Assembly: GCF_008802355.1 (NCBI RefSeq)
Contig: NZ_VZRA01000003.1
Span: 324,374 to 356,373, forward strand
Direction: 5' to 3'
DNA length: 32,000 bases
From: Oryzomonas sagensis
GTDB lineage: Bacteria > Desulfobacterota > Desulfuromonadia > Geobacterales > Pseudopelobacteraceae
A program made the translations under genes and the position numbers. This document shows, piece by piece, positions 1 to 8,034 of the stretch. The notes beneath the pieces are model-generated. The model saw only the letters and a program-made list of their open reading frames with translations. It did no database searches and was not told the origin of the DNA. Position 1 is the stretch's first letter; the number at the start of each line of letters is the position of its first letter.

Positions 1-176
1 CCGTTTTTCTCGCGGCAGCATCGCTGTTCCTGTTCGGCGGCGAAGTGATCCACGACTTCTCGCTTGCCCTCCTGGTCGGCGTACTGGTCGGCACCTATTC
101 GTCTGTCTTCGTGGCCAGCCCCATCGTGGTCCTGCTGGAAAACCGCGCTCTGGCAAAACAGGGCGGCAAGGCCTGA
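1..176 (+). CDS. secF: C-terminal end of protein-export membrane protein SecF (5' end outside window)
   Basis: Frame 3 reads ...FLFGGEVIHDFSLALLVGVLVGTYSSVFVASPIVVLLENRALAKQGGKA* with TGA at 174-176. GTYSS-F-ASP in the last TM helix is typical of SecF C-termini. Confidence 0.7.
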   Translation, partial: VFLAAASLFLFGGEVIHDFSLALLVGVLVGTYSSVFVASPIVVLLENRALAKQGGKA

Positions 177-214
177 CCAACTCAGGGACTGAAATTCTGA
201 AGGAGAAACAGCCA

Positions 215-790
215 TTGAAAAACGAAAATATAATCATAGCTGTTGTGGCGCTGATAGCCGGTCTTTTAGGTGGTTATCTCGTGTTCAGTATCAGCTCCAC
301 CCATAAACAAGAACAGGCCATGCCGGCTATCCCGGCCGGCTCCGGCAGTCCGACCGATTACGCCCGCCGTATTGCCGAAGCGGAGAAAGTCGTTGCCCAG
401 GACCCCAAAAATGTGACGGTCTGGATTTCTCTGGGTAACGACTATTTTGATACCGACCAGGCGCAGAAAGCTATCGGCGCCTACGCCAAGGCGTTGGAAC
501 TGGACCCGAACAACCCCAACGTTCTTACCGACCAGGGGGTCATGTACCGCAGGGTGGGGTGGTACGACAAGGCCATTGTCAACTTCGGCAAGGCTCTGAC
601 GCTTGACCCCAAGCATCTCCAGAGCTTGTATAATATGGGAATCGTCTACGCCGTCGACATGAAACAGCCGGAAAAGGGGCTGCCGTACTGGAAAAAATAC
701 ATCGAGGTCGACCCGACCAGCGCCACCGCCATTCAGATCAAGGGCATGATCGAGCAGTACAGTAAGGGAACACCGCCGGCCACGAAATAG
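215..790 (+). CDS. membrane-anchored tetratricopeptide-repeat (TPR) protein, 191 aa
   Basis: TTG start 8 nt after AGGAGA (201-206). N-terminal hydrophobic helix IIIAVVALIAGLLGGYLVF. Three or more TPR-like units (WISLGNDYFDTDQAQKAIGAYAKALELDPNN, DQGVMYRRVGWYDKAIVNFGKALTLDPKH, YNMGIVYA...). Confidence 0.75.
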   Translation: MKNENIIIAVVALIAGLLGGYLVFSISSTHKQEQAMPAIPAGSGSPTDYARRIAEAEKVVAQDPKNVTVWISLGNDYFDTDQAQKAIGAYAKALELDPNNPNVLTDQGVMYRRVGWYDKAIVNFGKALTLDPKHLQSLYNMGIVYAVDMKQPEKGLPYWKKYIEVDPTSATAIQIKGMIEQYSKGTPPATK

Positions 791-792
791 AC

Positions 793-827
793 AAAAAAAT
801 CCCCCGCCTGACGGGGGATTTTTTTTT
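793..827. terminator. Rho-independent terminator, symmetric (A-run / GC stem / T-run)
   Basis: AAAAAAATCCCCCG-cctga-CGGGGGATTTTTTT. Perfect 14-bp stem including the A/T runs, placed directly after the TPR stop codon. Confidence 0.85.
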
Positions 828-868
828 ACCCCGGCATCGGTCGAGGCGCCGGGCAAGGATGACCTGAT

Positions 869-2575
869 TTGCACAAAAAATGGAATACGAAAAAGATAGC
901 TACGGCAACGGTCGAGCGTCTCGGCACCGACCTTGCCCTGCACCGGCTTACGGCCGCCGTGCTTGCCGCCAGGGGGATCGAAACCGCCAGGGAAGCAGGC
1001 CCGTTCCTGGCACCGTCACTCTCGGACATGCTCGATCCGCTTCTGTTGCGGGGGATGGCGGCGGCGGTCAAGCGACTGTTGGCGGCGCGCCGCAACCGGG
1101 ACACCATCTGCATCTATGGCGATTACGACGTGGACGGCATCTCGGGCACCGCCCTCCTGGTCTCCTTTCTGCGGCAGACCGGCTTTTCCTGCCGCTATTT
1201 CATTCCGAACCGTTTCGATGACGGCTACGGGCTGAACCGGGAGGCCATCCAGGGGATCATTGCCCTGGGGGCTAACCTGATCGTATCGGTGGACTGCGGC
1301 ATTACGGCGGTTGAAGAGGCGCTGTTCTGCCGTGAGCAGGGGATTGACCTGATCGTCGTCGATCACCACCTGCCCAAGGAAACGCTTCCGGATGCCGCTG
1401 CCGTGGTGAACCCGATGCAACCCGGCTGTCCCTACCCCTTCAAGTCCCTGGCCGGGGTCGGAGTGGCCTTCAACCTGCTGGTGGCCCTGCGCATGGCCCT
1501 GCGTGACGAGGGAGCCTTCACGGGGGGGCATGAGCCGGACCTGCGGGAATGGCTCGATCTGGTGGCCTTGGGCACCATCGCCGATGTGGTCCCGCTCACC
1601 GGGCAGAACCGCATATTCGCCTTTCACGGTCTTAAACAGCTCTCCGCAGCCACGAAGCCTGGCATCCAGGCGCTCAAACGGGTCGCCGGGGTGACGGGCG
1701 GGGTGAGTTGCGGACAGGTCGGCTTCCGCCTCGCTCCACGCCTGAACGCCGCAGGCCGTATGGAAAGCGCCGTTCCGGGGGTCGATCTGCTGCTGAGCAT
1801 TGATCAAACTGAGTCCCAAGGAATCGCCGAGGACCTGGATGCCGCCAATGCCGAGCGCCAGGCCACCGAACGGCGCATCCTGGATGAAGCGGTTGAAATG
1901 GTTGAGACGTCCGGGGCGTACCCCGATTGCCGCAGCATTGTCCTGGCCTCCCAAAACTGGCATCAGGGGGTGGTGGGTATTGTGGCCTCGCGTCTGGTGG
2001 AACGGTATCACCGGCCGACGATCCTGATCAGTCTTGACGAGGAGGGCGGAGCCAAGGGGTCGGGCCGCAGCATCACCGGCTTTCACCTGCTGGACGCCGT
2101 CACGGCCTGCTCTCCTTTCCTGGAGCGTTTCGGCGGTCATCGGTACGCCGCGGGGGTCGGTCTGCGGGCAGACGCGGTCCCCGCCTTTGCCGCCGCCTTC
2201 GAGGCCGAGGCGGCCCGGCTCTTGACGGCGGATGATCTCGTGGCGCAGTTGGATGTGGATGCCGAGGCGCAGCCGGGAGATATCACACCGGAACTGGCAC
2301 GGGAACTGAAACGGCTGGAACCGTTCGGCGCCGGCAATCCCGAACCGGTGCTGCTCATGCGTGGGCTGCGGGTCATGGAGCATCGCGTGGTGGGGGACGG
2401 GCATCTGAAGCTGCGGCTGGCCGGGGGAGGGTGCCACTTCAACGCCATCGCCTTCCGTCTTGCGTCCCGGGAACTCCCTGGTATGGTTGATATAGCGTTT
2501 TTCCCGGAGATGAACGAATGGAACGGCAACTCCACCCTGCAGTTGCGGGTGAAGGACTTACGTCCCACGGAGTGA
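869..2575 (+). CDS. recJ: single-stranded-DNA-specific exonuclease RecJ, 568 aa
   Basis: DHH-family motifs (ICIYGDYDVDGISG, VSVDCG, LIVVDHH, GTIADVVPL), DHHA1-like GGHRYAAG and a C-terminal OB-like region. TTG start at 869 is uncertain. Confidence 0.85.
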   Translation: MHKKWNTKKIATATVERLGTDLALHRLTAAVLAARGIETAREAGPFLAPSLSDMLDPLLLRGMAAAVKRLLAARRNRDTICIYGDYDVDGISGTALLVSFLRQTGFSCRYFIPNRFDDGYGLNREAIQGIIALGANLIVSVDCGITAVEEALFCREQGIDLIVVDHHLPKETLPDAAAVVNPMQPGCPYPFKSLAGVGVAFNLLVALRMALRDEGAFTGGHEPDLREWLDLVALGTIADVVPLTGQNRIFAFHGLKQLSAATKPGIQALKRVAGVTGGVSCGQVGFRLAPRLNAAGRMESAVPGVDLLLSIDQTESQGIAEDLDAANAERQATERRILDEAVEMVETSGAYPDCRSIVLASQNWHQGVVGIVASRLVERYHRPTILISLDEEGGAKGSGRSITGFHLLDAVTACSPFLERFGGHRYAAGVGLRADAVPAFAAAFEAEAARLLTADDLVAQLDVDAEAQPGDITPELARELKRLEPFGAGNPEPVLLMRGLRVMEHRVVGDGHLKLRLAGGGCHFNAIAFRLASRELPGMVDIAFFPEMNEWNGNSTLQLRVKDLRPTE

Positions 2576-2578
2576 TGC

Positions 2579-3478
2579 ATGCAGCGCAATGAGCGTTTTG
2601 ATCAGGCGGAAAGTATCATCCGCATCGGTTTTTGGGTCAATGCGGTGCTGATGGTCTTCAAGCTGGCCGCCGGCTACTGGGGGCGTTCTGACGCCGTGTT
2701 CGCCGACGGTATCGAGAGTGCCTGCGATTTCGTCGCCCTCTTCTCCACCATGGTGGCGCTCAAGCTGGGCCGCAAACCCTTCGATGAGAAGCATCCCTAC
2801 GGCCATGGCCGGGCCGAAAGTCTGGCGGCCCTGTTTGTCTCCATGGTTATCGTCGCAACCGGCGCCTGGATCCTGGTTGAATCGGTCCATGCCGTCATCG
2901 ACCGCGACTTCAAATCGCCCGGGCTGATCGCCGTTTTTGCGGCTTTTATCACCATCATCATCAAGGAATGGCTCTACCGCTTCTCGCAAAAAACCGGCGC
3001 ACGCCTGGAGAGCCCCGCGCTTCTGGCGGTTGCCAAGGATCACCGCAAGGATGCCATCACGTCGATCTCGACCCTGGCGGGCGTAGGGGGGGCCTATTTC
3101 GGCTGGGGGATCATGGACCCCCTGGCGGCCGGCCTGACCTCGTTTTTCATCCTGCACATCGGTTTTCAGACCTTCCGGGAATCGGCCAACGATCTGATGG
3201 ACGGCGCCGCCCCGCCGGATTTTGTGAGCGAGGTCACCCGCCTGGCGGAGAGCGTAGCCCGGGTGGAGCATGTCCACGGCATCCGCGCCCGCCGTTCCGG
3301 CCAGTACATGATCATTGACCTCAAATTGGATATGGACCCCGCCATGACGGTCAAGGAGTCCCACGATGTGGCCACCCTGGTGAAGAAGCTCATCTTCCAG
3401 GGATTTCCCAATGTGGGCGACGTGATGATCCACATCAACCCCCATGACGAGGAACATGAGGACTTGATCAGGCTGTGA
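2579..3478 (+). CDS. cation diffusion facilitator (CDF) family metal efflux transporter, 299 aa
   Basis: Six predicted TM helices. CDF signature-like ADGIESACDFVALFS...HPYGHGRAESLAAL. C-terminal cytoplasmic domain ending HINPHDEEHE. ATG lies 3 nt after the recJ stop. Confidence 0.8.
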   Translation: MQRNERFDQAESIIRIGFWVNAVLMVFKLAAGYWGRSDAVFADGIESACDFVALFSTMVALKLGRKPFDEKHPYGHGRAESLAALFVSMVIVATGAWILVESVHAVIDRDFKSPGLIAVFAAFITIIIKEWLYRFSQKTGARLESPALLAVAKDHRKDAITSISTLAGVGGAYFGWGIMDPLAAGLTSFFILHIGFQTFRESANDLMDGAAPPDFVSEVTRLAESVARVEHVHGIRARRSGQYMIIDLKLDMDPAMTVKESHDVATLVKKLIFQGFPNVGDVMIHINPHDEEHEDLIRL

Positions 3479-6012
3479 CGACGACACCGCTCCCCATTGA
3501 CCACATCCTTCCCCGCCTCCTCCAGACCGCCCGCACGTCCCCGTGCATGGTTTTGCACGCCCCGCCCGGCGCCGGCAAGACCACCCGTGTTCCCCTGGCA
3601 CTGCTGGACATCATCCCGCCCGAAGCGGGCCGCATCGTCATGCTCGAACCGCGCCGCATCGCCGCGGCATCGGCTGCCCGCTGGATGGCGCGCACCCTGG
3701 GGGAAGAGGCGGGGCAGACGGTGGGCTATTCGATCCGCTTCGAGAGCCGGGTATCGTCCGCCACCCGGGTCGAGGTCGTCACCGAGGGGATTCTGACCCG
3801 CCGCATCCAGAACGATCCCCTGCTGGAAGGGGTGGGGATGGTGATCTTCGACGAGTTCCACGAACGGAGCATTCAAGCCGACGTGGGGCTGGCGCTCTGC
3901 CTGGATGTGCAGCGCCAGGTGCGGCCGGACCTGAAGATTCTGGTTATGTCGGCCACCCTGGACGTGGACCCCCTGGCGCGTCTCATGGGGGAAGCCCCGG
4001 TGCTGAGTTCCGCCGGCCGCTCCTTTCCGGTGGAGGAGGTCTACCTGGACGAGCGCTCGCCTGCGCGGCTTCCCGACCGTATGGTCGCCGCCATCCAGCG
4101 GGCGCTGCACGAGACCGAAGGGGACCTGCTGGCGTTTCTCCCCGGCAGCGGCGAGATCCGCATCTGCGCCTCCCTGCTTGCCGGATGCGGCTTAGGGGAG
4201 AGGGGGATTGCGGTCCATCAACTGTACGGCGATCTCCCCTTCGATGAACAGCAGCGGGCCGTTCAACCCGGCAGGCTGCGCAAGGTGGTGCTGGCCACCA
4301 GCATCGCCGAGACCAGCCTGACCATCGAGGGGGTGCGGACGGTGATCGACAGCGGCCTCTCGCGGAGGCTCCGCTTTGACCCGGCCAGCGGCATGAACCG
4401 GCTGGTCACGGTGCGCGAATCCGCCTCCTCCGCCGAACAGCGCAAGGGGAGGGCGGGCAGGCTCGGGCCGGGGGCCTGTTATCGCCTGTTCAGCCGCCAC
4501 ACCCTGAGCGCCATGACGCCCCACACCCCGCCGGAGATTCTGGATACCGACCTGTCGCCCCTGGTATTGGAACTGGCTGCCTGGGGCGTTCACGATCCCA
4601 AAGACTTGGCGTGGCTCGATCCGCCCCCCGCTGCGTCCCTGGCCGTAGGGCGACACCTGCTGGCCGACCTGGGCGTCCTGGATATCCAGGGGCGCATCAC
4701 CCCCCAGGGGCGGTCCATGATGCGGTTGCCGCTCCACCCACGCCTGAGCAGGTTGCTGCTGCGGGCCCAGGAGCTGGGCTGCGCGCGGCTCGGCTGCGAC
4801 CTGGCGGCCCTGGTCTCCGAGCGGGATATCTTCCGCACGGCCCGAGGCGAGCGCGCACCCCGTGTGGGGCCGTCGGACATGGTGGAACGCCTGGAATGCC
4901 TGCACGCTTGGCGCAGCGGCGGTTCCGGCGGAGGACGGGCCGACGCGGCGAGTCTGAAGGCGGTGGAGCGGGTGAGCCGCCAGTTGGAACGCCTGTTGAA
5001 GCCAGCCGCCGGCAAGGAACGGTCGGTCGATGCGGATGAGGCGACAGCCCGGCTGCTGTTGGCCGCTTATCCCGACCGGCTGGCCCGGCGCCGCGGGGAC
5101 GGGGAGGGGCGCTATCTGCTGGCGAGCGGCCGGGGCGCCCGGCTCTCGCCCCGCAGTGTGGCGCGGAAGGCCGAATACATCGTGGCGGTGGATGTGGACG
5201 GCGGCGGTCAGGGTGAGGGGATCATCCACCTGGCCTCGGAGGTTGGAGAGGACCTTCTGCGCCAGGAATGCGCCGGGCTGATCGTCCAGCGGAACACAAT
5301 CGCCTGGAACGAGCGGGAAAAACGTGTGGTGGCGGCCAGGGAGGAGTGTATCGGGGCGCTCAGGCTTGCGTCTGTACCCTACACCCCCGGCAATGAGGAG
5401 TTATGCCCCGTAATCCTGGAGGCGGTGCGGGCATCCCGTCTGGAATTGCTCGACATGGATGATGCGGTCCGGCGGGTACAGGGGAGGGTGGCGCTTCTGC
5501 GCCAGGCCCTGCCGGAGGAGGGGTGGCCGGACCTGTCGGACGAAAACCTGCTGGAGACGCTGGAGGAGTGGCTGGGGCCGCATCTGGCAGGGGTGCGCAC
5601 CGCCCAGCAATTGCGGGCGCTGAATGTCGCCCCGCTGCTGCTCGGGCTGTTGGACTACCGCCGCCAGCGGCTTTTGGACGAACTGGCCCCGACACATCTG
5701 GAGGTGCCGAGCGGCTCCCGCATCAGGCTCGATTATGCGGCCGGGGAATGGCCGGTACTGGCAGTGAAGCTGCAAGAGCTGTTCGGGTTGGCGGATACGC
5801 CGGCCATTGCCAGGGGGAGGGCCGGGGTGTTGCTGCACCTCCTGTCGCCGGCCGGGAGGCCGATACAGGTCACGCGGGACCTGAAGGGGTTTTGGAACGG
5901 CGCCTACCATGAGGTGAAAAAGGAGTTGAAGGGGCGGTATCCCAAGCACCCCTGGCCGGACGACCCCTGGAGCGCCCAACCGACGCGGCGGACGAAACCA
6001 CGGGGTAGCTAG
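3475..6012 (+). CDS. hrpB: ATP-dependent RNA helicase HrpB (DEAH-box), 845 aa
   Basis: Walker A APPGAGKTTRVP, DEAH-type box IFDEFHERS, SAT, TSIAETSLTIEGV, QRKGRAGR, and a C-terminal HrpB-type extension. GTG start overlaps the CDF stop (GTGA). Confidence 0.85.
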   Translation: MTTTPLPIDHILPRLLQTARTSPCMVLHAPPGAGKTTRVPLALLDIIPPEAGRIVMLEPRRIAAASAARWMARTLGEEAGQTVGYSIRFESRVSSATRVEVVTEGILTRRIQNDPLLEGVGMVIFDEFHERSIQADVGLALCLDVQRQVRPDLKILVMSATLDVDPLARLMGEAPVLSSAGRSFPVEEVYLDERSPARLPDRMVAAIQRALHETEGDLLAFLPGSGEIRICASLLAGCGLGERGIAVHQLYGDLPFDEQQRAVQPGRLRKVVLATSIAETSLTIEGVRTVIDSGLSRRLRFDPASGMNRLVTVRESASSAEQRKGRAGRLGPGACYRLFSRHTLSAMTPHTPPEILDTDLSPLVLELAAWGVHDPKDLAWLDPPPAASLAVGRHLLADLGVLDIQGRITPQGRSMMRLPLHPRLSRLLLRAQELGCARLGCDLAALVSERDIFRTARGERAPRVGPSDMVERLECLHAWRSGGSGGGRADAASLKAVERVSRQLERLLKPAAGKERSVDADEATARLLLAAYPDRLARRRGDGEGRYLLASGRGARLSPRSVARKAEYIVAVDVDGGGQGEGIIHLASEVGEDLLRQECAGLIVQRNTIAWNEREKRVVAAREECIGALRLASVPYTPGNEELCPVILEAVRASRLELLDMDDAVRRVQGRVALLRQALPEEGWPDLSDENLLETLEEWLGPHLAGVRTAQQLRALNVAPLLLGLLDYRRQRLLDELAPTHLEVPSGSRIRLDYAAGEWPVLAVKLQELFGLADTPAIARGRAGVLLHLLSPAGRPIQVTRDLKGFWNGAYHEVKKELKGRYPKHPWPDDPWSAQPTRRTKPRGS

Positions 6013-6027
6013 ATTTGAAAACAAAAA

Positions 6028-6167
6028 TCTGCCACAGAGACACGGAGACACAGAGGTTCACAGAGGTTCACAGAGAAAATAAAAACACAGGCTTTGGGTC
6101 CATGAACAACTTATTTCGAGAATTTATGTTTTTGACTTTCTCCGTGTCTCCGTGTCTCTGTGGCAGA
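6028..6167. repeat. about 140-bp inverted-repeat element (MITE/REP-like), copy 1
   Basis: Left arm TCTGCCACAGAGACACGGAGACACAGAG and right arm CTCCGTGTCTCCGTGTCTCTGTGGCAGA are reverse complements with 1 mismatch. AT-rich core. Internal 10-bp tandem CACAGAGGTT x2.7 (6050-6076). The right end is 30/34 identical to 28233-28266. Confidence 0.8.
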
Positions 6168-6178
6168 AGTTAGTTTGT

Positions 6179-7768
6179 TTATTGCTTCGCCCTAAATCGC
6201 CACTCGCCGACATTCCCCTCGCACACCGCCGCAACACCCCGATCAGGATTGGCCGCCAGGTGCCGCAGGATGGCGAAGACCTGCTCCACCGCCTCCGGTT
6301 TGCCGAGGCTTGCGGCAATTTCGCCCGCAGTCATGGCGTTTTGCCCCTTCCCGAGCAGTCCCACGATCTCCTTTTGCAGGGCTATGACCGCACCGGCCGC
6401 CTTCTTCCCCGCCTCGACCCCGGGCTGGTGGTAGGCGTTGACATTGATCAGACTGGCGTACAGGCCGACGGCGCGCTCGAACAGGGCGATCAGGACGCCC
6501 ACCGTAAAGGCGTCGATCCGCTCCACGGTGATGGTCATGGATTCGCGCCCCTTCTCGTACAGTGCCTGGCGGGTCCCCTGGAAAAAGCCGAACAGGAAAT
6601 CTCCGCTGGTAACCCCTTCTTCCACCTGCATCGAGGGCTTTTCCCGGTCGTACAATACCTCAACGAAGGTCACGAAGAAATTGGCCACCCCCTCACGCAG
6701 CTGCTGCACATAGGCGTGCTGGTCGGTGGACCCCTTGTTGCCGTAGACCGTCATACCCTGGGTGACGATGTTCCCCCCCAGGTCCGCTTCCTTGCCGATG
6801 GACTCCATGATCAGCTGTTGCAGGTAGCGGGAGAAGAGCAGCAGACGGTCCTTGTAGGGGAGCATGACCATATCCTTCTCCCCGTGCCCGTTTGTGGCGT
6901 AGTGCCACATCAGGGCCATGAGCGCGGCGGGGTTCTGCCGGGTCTCCGTCTGGCGGGTGACGGCGTCGCAGGCCGCGGCACCGGCCAGCAGGGCCGTGAT
7001 GTCGAGCCCCTGCAAGGCTGCCGGGAGCAGGCCGACCGCAGAGGTCACGGAGGTCCGGCCGCCGACCCAGTCCCACATGGGGAAGCGGGCAATCCACCCT
7101 TCTGCGGCGGCAAGCCTGTCCAGTTCGCTTCCGGCGCCGGTCACGGCCACGGCGTGGCGGGCAAACTCCAACCCTGCGCGCCGGTAGGCGGCCTGGGTCT
7201 CCAGCATGCCGTTGCGGGTCTCCTTGGTAGAGCCGCTCTTGGAGATGACGATGGCCAGGGTGCGACCCAGGTCGTCCCCCAGTTCGGCGAACACCCGGTC
7301 CATGCCGTCGGGATCGGTGTTGTCGAGGAACGAGGGCTTCATCCGGTCACCGGACGTGCCGAGGGCCTCGGCCACGAACTGCGGTCCCAGGGCCGAACCG
7401 CCGATGCCGATGATGAGAATATTTTTAAATATCTCGTTATTTTGCGACGTTATCGTGCCAGAGTGGATGCGTTGGCTGAAGTTTTTGATCTGGTCGAGGG
7501 CCGACGCAATCTGGTCCCGGATCTCGCCGGTCGGAGCGAGGGCGGTGTTTCTCAGCCAGTAGTGCCCCACCATGCGCTGTTCGTCCGGATTGGCCACGGC
7601 GCCGGCCTCCAATTCCTTCATGGCGGTGAAGGCCCGTTGCATGGACGGTTCCATGTGATCCGGAAACGCTTCAGGGAACCCCATGCGGCTGATATCCAGA
7701 GACAACCCCAGCTTTGGACACAGGCAGAGATAGGTAGTATAACGCTTCCAAAGTGTAAGATCGCCCAT
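6179..7768 (-). CDS. pgi: glucose-6-phosphate isomerase, 529 aa
   Basis: PGI/SIS motifs [76 protein letters not shown] precedes the ATG (minus strand). Confidence 0.9.
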   Translation of the reverse strand: MGDLTLWKRYTTYLCLCPKLGLSLDISRMGFPEAFPDHMEPSMQRAFTAMKELEAGAVANPDEQRMVGHYWLRNTALAPTGEIRDQIASALDQIKNFSQRIHSGTITSQNNEIFKNILIIGIGGSALGPQFVAEALGTSGDRMKPSFLDNTDPDGMDRVFAELGDDLGRTLAIVISKSGSTKETRNGMLETQAAYRRAGLEFARHAVAVTGAGSELDRLAAAEGWIARFPMWDWVGGRTSVTSAVGLLPAALQGLDITALLAGAAACDAVTRQTETRQNPAALMALMWHYATNGHGEKDMVMLPYKDRLLLFSRYLQQLIMESIGKEADLGGNIVTQGMTVYGNKGSTDQHAYVQQLREGVANFFVTFVEVLYDREKPSMQVEEGVTSGDFLFGFFQGTRQALYEKGRESMTITVERIDAFTVGVLIALFERAVGLYASLINVNAYHQPGVEAGKKAAGAVIALQKEIVGLLGKGQNAMTAGEIAASLGKPEAVEQVFAILRHLAANPDRGVAAVCEGNVGEWRFRAKQ

Positions 7769-8034
7769 GATAACCTCCGGTTGTGGTCGTAAACGTCAGA
7801 GCCATTTTGCCCTGTCCGCACCGTTTGTCAAGTTGCCAGACCGTTTGCCCGCTGATTTGTTGCGGCCGGACAAAAAATATGCAGGGAATGTTTACTTTTA
7901 TCTTGTAACATCACGGGGTTTTTATTAGGTTCAAGGCACGAGAGGCCGCGGCCCGTCACCCGACCTCTCTCCAGGGCAATCAGGATGAGGTCACATCCGT
8001 TCTGACGGGATTGAATTCAGGATAGGGGTCTGCT

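Noticed and set aside
6050-6076. Short tandem repeat CACAGAGGTT x2.7, considered as a possible CRISPR or VNTR.
   Set aside because: It is too short, has no spacers and lies inside the arm of the inverted-repeat element. It is not a CRISPR array.
6124-6318. Small ORFs containing FCHRDTE(T/A)RR (6124-6318 minus strand and 28226-28408 minus strand), plus MNLCVSVSLWQ (5870-6061 minus strand).
   Set aside because: The shared peptide is simply the translation of the repeat-element arms (CTGTGGCAGAA / CACAGAGAC). The remainder overlaps real genes or spacer, so these are repeat-derived artefacts rather than genes.
6152-7792. 546-aa ORF on the + strand opposite pgi. Similar long antisense ORFs are 28266-29906 (-), 30619-31992 (-), 11798-12919 (+), 1016-2437 (-), 4192-5229 (-) and 25340-26503 (+).
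   Set aside because: All lie exactly antisense to genes with unmistakable conserved motifs (pgi, glnS, era/der, eno, recJ, hrpB, DJ-1/HD-GYP). Their translations are low-complexity and Arg/Gly/Pro/Ala-rich. This is the typical stop-codon-poor antisense frame of high-G+C DNA.
7769-8034. 266-bp leader and intergenic region upstream of the CheR-PAS kinase, checked for a GEMM (c-di-GMP/cGAMP) riboswitch, which is common in Geobacter.
   Set aside because: I could not find the conserved GGCAAACC / GACGCAAAGCC-type cores or the two-hairpin layout. Only a short GAGAGG...CCTCTC hairpin is present.
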